This document shows positions 51,136 to 64,000 of a stretch of DNA of 64,000 bases, in pieces. Position 1 is the stretch's first letter; every line of letters starts with the position of its first letter. The stretch is from contig CBDIIB010000005.1 of the NCBI GenBank assembly GCA_965279525.1, positions 1,056,001 to 1,120,000 of the forward strand, written 5' to 3'. Origin of the DNA: Tagaea sp. (GTDB taxonomy: Bacteria > Pseudomonadota > Alphaproteobacteria > CACIAM-22H2). The position numbers and the translations under genes were made by a program. The notes beneath the pieces are model-generated. The model searched no databases and was not told the origin of the DNA. It saw only the letters and a program-made list of their open reading frames with translations.

Positions 51136-52431
51136 TCAGGCCGGCTTCACGGTCGGGCAGGTGAACGCCTCGACCGGTTCGGCCACGCCCTTCAGCGCAT
51201 GGCGGCCGAGCGAGACGAGCGGCTCGGGGCATATCTCGGCGAAGGCGGCCGACACGATCAGTTCCTTGCCCAGCGTCTTGGCGAGGCTTTCCAGCCGCGT
51301 GACCACGTTGACCGACGGGCCGATCGCCGTGAAGTCGAGCCGGTCAGGTGCGCCGATATTGCCGTGGAAGATCTCGCCCGTGTGCAGGGCCGCGACGGCC
51401 GCCAGCGGGCGGGCATGGGCGAAAGCGGGATCGGCGTCCATCGCATGCGCCGCCGCCAGCGCGTCGCGCGCCGCACCCAGTGCGCCGCGCGCCGACATGC
51501 GCGCGAACTCGACGTCGGCGATCGGGAAGATCGCCAGCATGCCGTCGCCGACGAACTTCAGCACCTCGCCGCCATGGGCATGCACGGCGGCGACCTGGCG
51601 CTCGAACCACGCGTTCAGGAGTTCGATGACCTTGTCTGCCGGCAGCCGGTCGTTGAGGGCGGTGAAGCCGCGCATGTCGGTGGCGAGGATCGCGGCACGG
51701 ATCGCCTCGCCGGAGCCGCGGCGGATCTCGCCCGACAGCACGCGCGGGCCGGTCGACCGGCCCAGATAGAGCGACAGCAGGTCGCGCGAGATGCGCCGTT
51801 CTGTGACGAGGGCCAGCGGGCCGGCGAATTCCTCGGCGACCGTCTCGAGGGCGGCGATGTCGGCGTCGGTGAAGCCGCCTTGCTGCTTGGTCGCCCAGTT
51901 GCAGGCCTGGAAACGCCGCCGGTCGTCGGTCGGGGCGAAGCCCTGCAGGCGGATCGGATGGACGATGTAGTCCGTGTAACCCTGGGCCGCGAGATCGCCA
52001 AGGATCGGGAACCGGTATTCGTTGGCGCGCGGGTCGATGCGCTCGCGCACGGTCTCGCCGCGCTCGACGACCGGGGGGAAGGGGCTCGTCCGGTAGACCT
52101 CGGTCCGGCTGACCTCGTGCTCGACCAGCGCTTCCTCCGACTCCCCGATGTCGCGCCACCAGCGGATGCCGTAGCCGGAAAACTGCGGGTGGAGCAGCGC
52201 GACCGTGATCCCGGCCCGGTCGATCGGCAGGCCGGCGGCGACCATCCGCCAGCACAGCCCGTCGACCAGCTTGATGGGACTCCCGACCGCGTGGGCCGGC
52301 CCGCGCAGCCACGCCTTGATCGTGGCGAGCGATGCGGTCTTCGGGCGGGCCGGTTCCGGGCGCTTGAAGCGGCGCCGGCCATGGATGCCTGCGGGCCGGT
52401 TTTGCTGCAGTTGCGAAGGAGAGTCGCTCAA
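51136..52431 (-). CDS. Class III adenylate/guanylate cyclase with GAF-like region (second paralog)
   Basis: TDMRGFT, VLKFVGDGMLAIF, GNIGAPDRLDFTAIGPSVN; start uncertain. Confidence 0.9.
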   Translation of the reverse strand: MSDSPSQLQQNRPAGIHGRRRFKRPEPARPKTASLATIKAWLRGPAHAVGSPIKLVDGLCWRMVAAGLPIDRAGITVALLHPQFSGYGIRWWRDIGESEEALVEHEVSRTEVYRTSPFPPVVERGETVRERIDPRANEYRFPILGDLAAQGYTDYIVHPIRLQGFAPTDDRRRFQACNWATKQQGGFTDADIAALETVAEEFAGPLALVTERRISRDLLSLYLGRSTGPRVLSGEIRRGSGEAIRAAILATDMRGFTALNDRLPADKVIELLNAWFERQVAAVHAHGGEVLKFVGDGMLAIFPIADVEFARMSARGALGAARDALAAAHAMDADPAFAHARPLAAVAALHTGEIFHGNIGAPDRLDFTAIGPSVNVVTRLESLAKTLGKELIVSAAFAEICPEPLVSLGRHALKGVAEPVEAFTCPTVKPA

Positions 52432-52468
52432 GAAAAGTTCCTATATTTCAATATGTTGTAGCCGCGGC

Positions 52469-52497
52469 CTTGACAGACCCCACCTTTCGGCCCATTT
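52469..52497 (+). promoter_or_regulatory. Putative RpoH-type promoter for the NifU-family gene
   Basis: CTTGAC-16 nt-CCCATTT, resembling the alphaproteobacterial sigma32 pattern. Confidence 0.45.
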
Positions 52498-52559
52498 CCA
52501 ACCCTACCGCACAGACCCCCTGCAGCGCCACCGCTGCCCGTCCCGGGAGTTTTACGCAA

Positions 52560-53117
52560 ATGTTCATCCAGACCGAAACCACGCCCAATCCGGCGACCCT
52601 CAAATTCCTACCGGGCCGCGAGGTCTTGACGGCCGGTTCGGCGGATTTCAAGTCGGCCGACGAAGCGGCTGCCCGCTCGCCGCTGGCCGCCAAGCTGTTC
52701 GGCGTCGAGGGCGTTTCGGGCGTGTTCCTGGGCACCGATTTCGTCACCGTGACCAAGCTCGACGACAAGGACTGGCACCTGATGAAGCCGGCCCTGCTGG
52801 GCGCCATCATGGAGCACTTCACGTCCGGCGCCCCGGCCCTGGCCGACGGCGGCGAGACGGCGCACGGCGAAGCGGCCGAAGGCGACGGCGAGCTCGTGCA
52901 GCAGATCATCGAGCTTCTCGACACCCGCGTGCGCCCGGCCGTGGCGCAGGACGGCGGCGACATCCTGTTCCAGAAATACGAGGACGGGATCGTCTATCTC
53001 CACATGCAGGGTTCCTGCTCGGGCTGCCCGTCCTCGACGGCCACGCTCAAGATGGGCATCGAGAACATGCTGCGCCACTACATCCCCGAAATCGTCGAGG
53101 TCCGCGCGGTCGCCTGA
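52560..53117 (+). CDS. NifU/NfuA family Fe-S cluster carrier
   Basis: MFIQTETTPNPATLKFLPG, VRPAVAQDGGDI, GSCSGCPSS..TLK.GIE. Confidence 0.95.
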   Translation: MFIQTETTPNPATLKFLPGREVLTAGSADFKSADEAAARSPLAAKLFGVEGVSGVFLGTDFVTVTKLDDKDWHLMKPALLGAIMEHFTSGAPALADGGETAHGEAAEGDGELVQQIIELLDTRVRPAVAQDGGDILFQKYEDGIVYLHMQGSCSGCPSSTATLKMGIENMLRHYIPEIVEVRAVA

Positions 53118-53152
53118 GGGCGCCCCCGCCACCCCGGTTCCGCATTCCAGAG

Positions 53153-54148
53153 ATGATCCAACCCGCCCGCCACGCGGCGTCAGACGGCTTTGCCGTCGAT
53201 TCGCCCGAAATCGTGCCGCAGCCGCGGACCCTGCAGGTCCTGCTTGCCGGTCTCGTGCTGGCCGCGATCCTGCCGCTGGCCCTTGCCGTGGGCACCGGCG
53301 ACCGGGTGCGCCCGCCCGTCGAGACCTGGCGCGGTCCCCTCGAGCTGTTCGAGCCCGAGACGGCCCTTGTTCCGGTCGCCGTCGAACGCGTCACGCGCGT
53401 CAGCCTGATGGCGGCGGACGATCTCTACGCGCTGTTCGTCGGGCGCGGCTACCTGCTCGAGGACACCAAGACCGCCAACGACCCGGTTCCGCGCATGGTC
53501 GTCGAACGGCTGCCGCGCGATCTGGCGGCACTCGAATCGTCGGACCTGCGCAAGGCGGTGTTCATCAAGTCGCTGCTGCCGCTGCTGCTGCTGGAGAACG
53601 AGCGCATCCTCGCCGACCGCGCGCGGCTCGAGACGATCTATGCGGACATCGCGGCGGGCGAAATGCCCGGCCTGATCGACCAGGCGTTCCTGGCCGAGAC
53701 CGCCGAACGCTACGAGGTTCCCGCCGACCGGCCGCGCGAACTTCTTCGCAAGGTCGACGCGGTCCCGGTCTCGCTGGCGATCGCCCAGGCGGCGCTGGAA
53801 ACCGGCTGGGGCACCAGCCGCCCCGCCCAGGCCGGCCACGCGCTGTTCGGCCAGATGATCTACCGCGACGAGGACGACGACGGGCGCGTGCGCCGGTTCG
53901 CCGCCCTGCCCGATGCGGTCGCCGCCTATGCGCTCAATCTCAACACGCACCGCGCCTATGGCGAGTTCCGCCGCGCGCGCGCCGCGGCCCGCGGCGAAGG
54001 CAAGCCGCACGACGGCCACGCGCTGGCCCAGCACCTGCAGCGTTATTCCGAGCGCCGGATGGATTACGTGCGCGACGTGCGCGCGGTGATGCGCGCCAAC
54101 GGCCTGCGCGCGCTCGACAAAGCCCGCCTCGACGGCGAGCCGGGCTAG
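53153..54148 (+). CDS. Glucosaminidase-domain (Bax-like) protein
   Basis: N-terminal TM; K..FI, SLAIAQAALETGWGTSR, LFGQ, NLNTH.AY, YSER...YV. Confidence 0.85.
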   Translation: MIQPARHAASDGFAVDSPEIVPQPRTLQVLLAGLVLAAILPLALAVGTGDRVRPPVETWRGPLELFEPETALVPVAVERVTRVSLMAADDLYALFVGRGYLLEDTKTANDPVPRMVVERLPRDLAALESSDLRKAVFIKSLLPLLLLENERILADRARLETIYADIAAGEMPGLIDQAFLAETAERYEVPADRPRELLRKVDAVPVSLAIAQAALETGWGTSRPAQAGHALFGQMIYRDEDDDGRVRRFAALPDAVAAYALNLNTHRAYGEFRRARAAARGEGKPHDGHALAQHLQRYSERRMDYVRDVRAVMRANGLRALDKARLDGEPG

Positions 54149-54149
54149 T

Positions 54150-55547
54150 TCACGCACCCGTCGCGATGCGCTCGACGAGTTCCTTGACCGTCGGGATATA
54201 GCCGTTGCGGTAGAACGGATCGGACGCGAAGCGGTACGCGTTGTGCCCGGCGAACATCAGCTGGGCCTCGACATCGGCGCCGTGGCTGATGTCCTGCAGC
54301 GTCTTCTGGATGCAGAAGCTGCGCGGATCGGCCTTCTTGCCCGTCGTGCCTTCGTCGTTCTGCTGCCAGTTCGAGAAGGCGCAGGCCGAGAGACACCCCA
54401 TGCAGTTGACCTGGTCGCGGTGGATCTCTTCCGAGCGCGCCGGATCGACGAAAATGAGCGTCGAATCGGGCGTGCGCAGCGCTTCGGTGTAGCCGGCCGC
54501 GACCCACGCCTCGGCATGCACCTTGTCCTGCGCCGACAGATAGACGAGCCGGCCGCGTGCGCCCACCGGGAAGGGCTGGTCGTGTTCGCCCACGGGATGC
54601 ATCTGGTAGGCGACCTGGCGGGCCGAACGCTCTTCGAGTTCGTTGAGGAAGGGGTTGCGCACGGCCGACGAATAGAAACCGGTCGGCGAGAAACGGTGCA
54701 GCAGCACGTCGCCCGGCTTCAGCGTCAGCAGGCGGTGCTTCCATTCGTCGGAGATCGGGCTTTCCTTGGTCAGCAGCGGGCGCGTGCCGAACTGGAAGGC
54801 GCACGGACCCACGTCGGGATTGCCGATGAAGTCTTTCCACTCGTCGAGCCGCCACACGCCGCCGGCCATGATGATCGGCGTGCGGGTGAGGCCGAATTCG
54901 TTCATCTGCTTGCGCAGCTCGATCACGCGCGGCAGCGGCGCTTCGGGCTTGCGCGGATCTTCGGCGTTGGAAAGGCCGTTGTGGCCGCCGGCCAGCCACG
55001 GATCCTCGTAGACCACGCCGCCCAGCAGTTCGCTGAAGCGGTGATAGGCGCGCTTCCACAGCGCGCGGAAGGCGCGCGCGGACGAGATGATCGGATAGTA
55101 GTAGGCGCCGTACTTGGCGCAGATCTCGGCGATCTTGTAGGGCATGCCGGCGCCGCACGTGACGCCGTGGATCAGGCCCTGCGACTTCTCGAGCACCGCC
55201 TCGAGGATCGGCTCCGCCCCACCCATCTCCCACAGGATGTTCATGTGGACGCGGCCGTTGGGACCCGCCATGTCGCGCGCCACGCGCGCCTGGTGCAACG
55301 CCCCCTTGACCGCATAGGCGATCAGCTCGTCGTGCCGCTCGCGGCGCGTCTTGCCGCGATAGATCTGGCGCACGACTTCGCCGTTGGCGTCCAGATGGTC
55401 GGCGTTGACGCCCGAAAAGGTGCCGACGCCGCCGGCCGCGGCCCACGCACCCGAGCTTTCGCCGTTCGAGACCGACACGCCCTTGCCGCCTTCGACGATG
55501 GGCAGGACCTCGCGGCCCGAGATGAGGAGGGGTTCAAGAGAGAACAA
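54150..55547 (-). CDS. Nitronate monooxygenase-family flavin oxidoreductase
   Basis: PIVEGGKGV, GAGMPY, EDPWLAGGHNG, MAGGVW, FQFGTR, CMGCLSAC; start placed at TTG 55547 (uncertain). Confidence 0.88.
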   Translation of the reverse strand: MFSLEPLLISGREVLPIVEGGKGVSVSNGESSGAWAAAGGVGTFSGVNADHLDANGEVVRQIYRGKTRRERHDELIAYAVKGALHQARVARDMAGPNGRVHMNILWEMGGAEPILEAVLEKSQGLIHGVTCGAGMPYKIAEICAKYGAYYYPIISSARAFRALWKRAYHRFSELLGGVVYEDPWLAGGHNGLSNAEDPRKPEAPLPRVIELRKQMNEFGLTRTPIIMAGGVWRLDEWKDFIGNPDVGPCAFQFGTRPLLTKESPISDEWKHRLLTLKPGDVLLHRFSPTGFYSSAVRNPFLNELEERSARQVAYQMHPVGEHDQPFPVGARGRLVYLSAQDKVHAEAWVAAGYTEALRTPDSTLIFVDPARSEEIHRDQVNCMGCLSACAFSNWQQNDEGTTGKKADPRSFCIQKTLQDISHGADVEAQLMFAGHNAYRFASDPFYRNGYIPTVKELVERIATGA

Positions 55548-55658
55548 TTCGCGTTTCCGTCCGTACGGGCCTCGGGGGACGACCTGCTGCGGCCGCTCGC
55601 TTCTAGGATAGATATAGGCTGGGTGCCCGGGCGCGCAAGCAGCTTGCGCGGCCAATGG

Positions 55659-58388
55659 TTAACCCGGTTTCGCCGGCTTCGCCGCGGTATTTGCCGTCCC
55701 CGGCCAGTCGGCGGTCGTCCGGTGCGCGTGGACCAGTTCCGGGGCATCCGGCGAGGCCGAAATCGTGAATCCGAGCGCCCGACACAATTCGATCATCTTG
55801 TGATTCTCCCGCATGACCTCGCCGAAGATCTCGCCCACCCCGCGCGCCCGGCAATAATCGAGGATGCGCACCATCAGCCGCCAGCCGAGGCCGATACCCT
55901 TCAGATCGGACCGGACGGCGATCGCATACTCGGCGCGCACGCGGTCGGGGTCCGCGACGATGCGCACCACGCCGAGCAGCCCGACCCCGAGGATCAGCGA
56001 TTCGCACACGAAGGCCATCTCGCGGTCGTAGTCGATCTGCGTGAGGCGGGCGAGCTGGGCGCGGGAGAGCTGCTTGACCGGGGCGAAGAAGCGCATGCGC
56101 CGGTCCTCGGCATCCATCCGGTCGACCAGCGCTTCGATCAGCGGGCCGTCTTCCGGGCGGATGGGGCGCAGCAGGGCCGGCCCCACCCCGTCGACCAGGA
56201 TCGTCTCGACCAGGTCGGACGGATAGGGCTCGATCGCCAGGCGTGCCGCGTGCACGAAGCTGGCGGGTGCCCGCACGCGGATGCGCGCGTCGAGCACGAT
56301 CGCGTCCCGGGCATCCACGAGCAGCGGATTGATGTCGATCTCGGCGACCGCGTCGAGATCGCAGACGAGCTGCGACAGGCGCACCAGCGCCAGCTCGACC
56401 GCCGCGAGATTGGCCGCCGGCCGGTCGCGATAGCCTTTCAGCAGGCGTGAGACGCGCGTCGCGGCGATGAGTTCGCGCGCGAGCTTGACGTTGAGCGGCG
56501 GCAGCGCCATCGCGGTATCCGCCATCACCTCGACGGCCGTGCCGCCCTGGCCGAACAGGATGGCGGGCCCGAACTGGCGGTCCTCGCTTGCCCCCAGGAT
56601 CAGCTCGTGCGCGTCGGGCCGGCGCACCATCTCCTGCACGAGGAAGCCGCGTATCTCGGCCGCCGGGATCTTCGCGCACACCCGGGCCGCCATCGCATGT
56701 GCGGCCAGCTCGACTGCCTGCGGCCCGTCGAGATCGAGCGCCACGCCGCCGAAGTCGGACTTGTGCAGCACCTGCGGCGACACGATCTTGAGCGCCACGC
56801 GCCCGCCGATGCGCGCGGCCGCGGCCGCCGCACCCGCCGCATCGCGGGCAAGCTCGCCCTTGGGCAGCGTGAAGCCGTAGCCCGCCAGCACCGTGCGCAC
56901 GTCGGGGTCCGGCAGCCATTCGAGGCCGGCGGCAAGCGCCGCGGCGACCGCGGCACGCGCACCGGCCGCGTCGGGTGCCAGGTTTTCCGGTGCCGCGTCG
57001 GGCACCTCCATCAGGTTTTCCTGAGCGCGCCGGTAGCGCACGAGATGCATGAATCCGCGCACCGCCTTGTCCGGCGTGTCGAAGCTGGGAATTTGCGCAT
57101 CGGCGAAGCGCGCGCGTGCGGCAAGCGCGTTCTCGGTTCCGCCGAGCCACGAGGCGAGGATCGGCACGCGCGCGCCCGCCGCTATCTCGACGACCGCTTC
57201 GGCTGCCTCGACCGACGAGGCGATCGCCGTCGGACAGTTGAGCGCCAGGATCGCATCCACGTCGGGAGCCGCAAGCAGGGCCGCAAGGGCCGCCTGGTAG
57301 CGCGCCCCGTCGGCATCGCCGATGATGTCGACCGGATTGCCCTTCGACCAGGTCTTGGGCAGCACGCTGTCCAGACGCTTGATCGTCGCCGCGTCGAGCG
57401 TGGCGAGATGGCCCGCCTCGTCCATCAGCGCGTCGGTCGCCAGCACGCCGAGCCCGCCGCCGTTGGTGAGGATCGCCAGCCTGTCGCCGCCGCCGACGGG
57501 CGGGGCCGCAAGCGTGGCGACCGCGTCGAACAGCTCGTCCACGTCGTAGACCCGCAGCATGCCCGCGCGCCGGAACGCCGCGTCGTAGACGGCGTCGGCG
57601 CCCGCGAGTGCGCCGGTATGCGAGGCGGCCGCCTTGGCCGCTTCGGCATGGCGGCCCGCCTTGATGACGATGACGGGCTTGAGGCGTGCGGCCGCGCGCG
57701 CCGCACTCATGAACTTGCGCGCGTGCGTGACGGCCTCGATATAGAGCAGGACCGCGCGCGTGTGGCCGTCGTTGGCCAGCCAGTCGAGCATGTCGCCGAA
57801 ATCCACGTCGGTCATGTCGCCCAGCGAGACGACCTGCGAGAAGCCGATCTTGCGCGGCATCGCCCAGTCCACCACCGTCGTCGCCATGGCGCCGGACTGC
57901 GTGACGAAGGCAAGGTCGCCCTTGGGCGGCACCACGTGCGCGAAGGTCGCGTTGAGGCCGATGCCGGGCACCATCACGCCAAGGCAGTTCGGCCCGACGA
58001 TGCGCATCAGGTGGGGCCGTGCGGCTTCGAGCATCGCGCGTTCGAGCTCCTTGCCGCGCCCCTCGCCCAGTTCGCCGAAGCCCGCGGTGATGACGATCGC
58101 GGCCTTGCAGCCGCGCGCACCCAGCTCGCCGATCAGGCCGGGAACGGTTTCCGGCGGCGTGCAGATGACGGCAAGATCGGGCACCGTGGGCAGGCTTGCC
58201 ACGTCGCGGTAGGCGAAGACGCCCTCGATGGCGTCGTATTTGGGATTGACCGGCAGGATCGGGCCGGCGAAGCCGGCATGGAAGAGATTGCGCGCGAGCA
58301 CGGCACCGACCGATCCGGGCTTCGGCGTCGCACCGATCAGTGCGACCGATTTGGGCGCCAGCAGCTTGTCCAGATTGCGGATCGACAT
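55659..58388 (-). CDS. Acyl-CoA synthetase (NDP-forming)-like/GNAT fusion, Pat-type protein lysine acetyltransferase
   Basis: GPNCLG, QSGA, SHTGALAG, NPVDIIGDA, HKSD.GGV, DINPL; GNAT LRPIRPED, TQIDYDRE, VRSDLKG.GLG. Confidence 0.92.
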   Translation of the reverse strand: MSIRNLDKLLAPKSVALIGATPKPGSVGAVLARNLFHAGFAGPILPVNPKYDAIEGVFAYRDVASLPTVPDLAVICTPPETVPGLIGELGARGCKAAIVITAGFGELGEGRGKELERAMLEAARPHLMRIVGPNCLGVMVPGIGLNATFAHVVPPKGDLAFVTQSGAMATTVVDWAMPRKIGFSQVVSLGDMTDVDFGDMLDWLANDGHTRAVLLYIEAVTHARKFMSAARAAARLKPVIVIKAGRHAEAAKAAASHTGALAGADAVYDAAFRRAGMLRVYDVDELFDAVATLAAPPVGGGDRLAILTNGGGLGVLATDALMDEAGHLATLDAATIKRLDSVLPKTWSKGNPVDIIGDADGARYQAALAALLAAPDVDAILALNCPTAIASSVEAAEAVVEIAAGARVPILASWLGGTENALAARARFADAQIPSFDTPDKAVRGFMHLVRYRRAQENLMEVPDAAPENLAPDAAGARAAVAAALAAGLEWLPDPDVRTVLAGYGFTLPKGELARDAAGAAAAAARIGGRVALKIVSPQVLHKSDFGGVALDLDGPQAVELAAHAMAARVCAKIPAAEIRGFLVQEMVRRPDAHELILGASEDRQFGPAILFGQGGTAVEVMADTAMALPPLNVKLARELIAATRVSRLLKGYRDRPAANLAAVELALVRLSQLVCDLDAVAEIDINPLLVDARDAIVLDARIRVRAPASFVHAARLAIEPYPSDLVETILVDGVGPALLRPIRPEDGPLIEALVDRMDAEDRRMRFFAPVKQLSRAQLARLTQIDYDREMAFVCESLILGVGLLGVVRIVADPDRVRAEYAIAVRSDLKGIGLGWRLMVRILDYCRARGVGEIFGEVMRENHKMIELCRALGFTISASPDAPELVHAHRTTADWPGTANTAAKPAKPG

Positions 58389-58506
58389 GGGAACCGGCGC
58401 TTTGCTGATGTTGCATCACAGTATACACGGAGACGGCGGAACCGACCCGGGCACCGCCAATCGCGGCGTGGCACTTTTGCCGTGCGCCATGGTAAACGGG
58501 ACGCCC

Positions 58507-59499
58507 ATGCGTTCCTACGACACGATTTTGGTCTATGTCGGTCTCGATCTCGTCGGCGATGCGCTGATGAAGCTGCCGTTCGTGCGCGCGCTGCGGGCGA
58601 CATACCCCGAGGCGCGGATCACCTGGCTCGCCGGCAAGGGAAAGACCGCCTTCGCCGGCCCGCTGGCGCCCCTGGTCGACGGCCAGATCGACGAGGTCAT
58701 CCAGGAGGCGGGCATCGGCACGCACTGGGGCGAGCTGCTCCGCCGGCCGCTGCCCGGACGGCACTTCGATCTCGTCATCGACACGCAGCGCCGCGTCCTG
58801 ACGACGCTCATCCTGCGCCGGATCGGTTGCGGAACGTTCGTTTCGGCGGCAGCCGGCTTCGCGTTCTCGTCGCTGCGTCCGCCGCGCGGGTACCGCAAGC
58901 CCACGACCATGATCCGCCAGATTCTCGACCTGATCGAGATCGCGAGCGGGCGCAAGGTCGATGAGCAATGGGCGCAGGATCTTCCCGCCCGGTTCGAAGA
59001 ACGCGCAGCGAGCCTGCTGCCCGCAGGACCGGCCTATGTCGGCCTGTCGCCGGGTGCCGGCGGGCGCCACAAATGCTGGCCGCTCGACCGTTTCGTCGAG
59101 ATCGCGCGCCGCCAGATGGCCCGGGGCCGGGTGCCGGTCTTCATCCTCGGCCCGGACGAGGCGTCCTGGCACGAGGGGCTGCGGGCAACGCTCCCCGAAG
59201 CGCGCTTCGCGTTGCAGGAGACGACGCCCGATGCCGTCGGGAAAAGTCCGCTTCTGACGATCGCGCTGGCTGCGCGCCTGCGCGCGGCCGTCGCCAACGA
59301 CAGCGGCGGCGGGCACCTGCTGGCGGCCGGCGGCGTGCCGCTCCTGTCCCTCTGGGGTCCGACGAAGATGGAGAAGGCTCCGCCGCAGACGCCGATCCTG
59401 CGCACGATCCTCGCGCGCGACTTCGGCGGCGATTCGATGGATCTCATCCCCGTCGACGCCGTGGATGCGGCACTGGAAGCGCTCGCGGCGAAGCCGTGA
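58507..59499 (+). CDS. Glycosyltransferase family 9 (heptosyltransferase-like)
   Basis: VGDALMKLP, FDLVID, K.WP, VANDSG..H, WGPT. Confidence 0.9.
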   Translation: MRSYDTILVYVGLDLVGDALMKLPFVRALRATYPEARITWLAGKGKTAFAGPLAPLVDGQIDEVIQEAGIGTHWGELLRRPLPGRHFDLVIDTQRRVLTTLILRRIGCGTFVSAAAGFAFSSLRPPRGYRKPTTMIRQILDLIEIASGRKVDEQWAQDLPARFEERAASLLPAGPAYVGLSPGAGGRHKCWPLDRFVEIARRQMARGRVPVFILGPDEASWHEGLRATLPEARFALQETTPDAVGKSPLLTIALAARLRAAVANDSGGGHLLAAGGVPLLSLWGPTKMEKAPPQTPILRTILARDFGGDSMDLIPVDAVDAALEALAAKP

Positions 59500-59509
59500 C
59501 CGGTCGGAA

Positions 59510-60841
<1,332 letters not shown>

Positions 60842-60986
60842 AGCACAATTTTTCGCGAATCGGAAAAGGGACGAAGGCAGTTTACGCGGTGCGCGAATCG
60901 CGTCGAGAAATATTGCGTGCGCCGTTGATTCAAACGCGCGGCGAAACGTGATAGTCTCCGTTCCCGTGGCATTTCAGGTGCTACAA

Positions 60987-61469
60987 ATGAAATTGCCGAC
61001 AAGCACGCTTCCCGACATCGAGTTCGATCCCGACACGCTGCGCGGCAACCGCCTGCGCCGTTTCTACAGCTACTGGGACGGACGGCGCGGCACGCGCGAG
61101 ATGCCGGCCCGGCGCGACATCGATCCGGTGGACATTCCCTGGATGCTGGGATTCGTCACGCTGCACGAGGTGATGCCGTGCGGAAACTTCCGCTTCCGCG
61201 TGGATGCCACGCACACCGCGAACGTGTTCGGCGTCGACATGACCGGGCGCACGCTCGATGAATATCCCTCGGCGGAAGTGCGCGAGATGATCCGCTTGTC
61301 GCTGACGACGGTGCTCGAGACGCGCGTGCCCTTGCGCCGCGATCTCGATTTCGGCGCCAGGTTCCAGAACTGGCGCTACGAGCGCCTGATCCTGCCGCTG
61401 TCGGACGACGGCGAGCGGATCAACATGCTGTTTTCGGCGATCGACGCCGCCCCGACGGCCGAAGGCTGA
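60987..61469 (+). CDS. PAS-like domain protein (DUF1457-type)
   Basis: YW..RRG...MPARRDIDP..IP, FRFRV, D.TGR, LILPLSDDG. Confidence 0.85.
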   Translation: MKLPTSTLPDIEFDPDTLRGNRLRRFYSYWDGRRGTREMPARRDIDPVDIPWMLGFVTLHEVMPCGNFRFRVDATHTANVFGVDMTGRTLDEYPSAEVREMIRLSLTTVLETRVPLRRDLDFGARFQNWRYERLILPLSDDGERINMLFSAIDAAPTAEG

Positions 61470-63296
<1,827 letters not shown>

Positions 63297-63301
63297 TTTT
63301 T

Positions 63302-64000
63302 TCAGGCCGCCAGGTTACGCGCGGCGAGGTCGCGCAGCGAGACCTCCGGCCGGGCGCCATAATGTGAAATGATTTCGCCAGCACAGATCGAGCCGAGCTT
63401 GGCGCAGGTCGCGAGGTCTTTGGCCGTCGTGAGGCCGTGCAGGAAACCCGACGCGTAGAGATCGCCCGCCCCGGTCGTGTCGACGACCTTGACGCCGGCC
63501 AGTGCCGGCACGGCGTGCACTTCACCGTTGCCGATGGCGACCGAACCCTTTTCCGAGCGCGTCACGGCAGCGATGCGCGACTTCTTGGCGCGCAGGTGGG
63601 GAAGGACATCCTCGAACTTCGTGGTCTCGTAGAGCGACAGGATCTCGGCTTCGTTGGCGAACAGCACGTCGACATGGTTGTCGACCAGATCGCGGAACTC
63701 GGCGCGGTGGCGGCCCACGCAGAACGAGTCCGACAGCGTGAGCGAGACCTTGCGGCCGGCCTTGTGCGCGACTTCGGCGGCCTTGCGGAACGCGTCCTTG
63801 GCGGCCGGCTTGTCCCACAGATAGCCTTCGAGATACGTGATCTGGGCGGCGGCGACCTGCTTCTCGTCGACCTGCTCGGGGCCGAGCTCGACGCACGCGC
63901 CCAGATAGGTCTGCATCGTGCGCTGCGCGTCCGGCGTGACGAAGATCAGGCAGCGCGCGGTCGACGGGCCGGCCTTGGCGGCGGGCGTGTCGAATGCCAC
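63302..64000 (-). CDS. PfkB-family carbohydrate/adenosine kinase, C-terminal part (gene starts beyond the window)
   Basis: [33 protein letters not shown]. Confidence 0.92.
   Translation of the reverse strand: MAFDTPAAKAGPSTARCLIFVTPDAQRTMQTYLGACVELGPEQVDEKQVAAAQITYLEGYLWDKPAAKDAFRKAAEVAHKAGRKVSLTLSDSFCVGRHRAEFRDLVDNHVDVLFANEAEILSLYETTKFEDVLPHLRAKKSRIAAVTRSEKGSVAIGNGEVHAVPALAGVKVVDTTGAGDLYASGFLHGLTTAKDLATCAKLGSICAGEIISHYGARPEVSLRDLAARNLAA

Overview
GC-rich chromosomal window from what looks like a Rhodospirillales-type alphaproteobacterium (inferred from gene content and order). Most of it is housekeeping and metabolic backbone: rbfA-truB-rpsO-pnp, maeB/mutS, glnD-murJ-trpS, NifU-family, Pat-type acetyltransferase, ampG, typA, PfkB kinase, plus TRAP and TTT transporter clusters. 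I found no tRNA, rRNA, CRISPR array, integrase or transposase. The notable part is the first 5.5 kb. (1) A lone, AT-rich 802-aa gene (2890-5298, minus strand) fuses an N-terminal SIR2-type NADase domain to a degenerate Hanks-type Ser/Thr kinase-like domain; it is a candidate single-gene anti-phage system. (2) This gene and the nearby GST gene (423-1142) are each bracketed by two versions of the 3' end of the upstream host gene: a 62-bp diverged direct repeat for GST, and a synonymously recoded 10-codon copy for the SIR2-kinase gene. This suggests cassette insertion by gene-end replacement with no integrase left in cis. All functional calls come from motif recognition by eye; no database searches were run.
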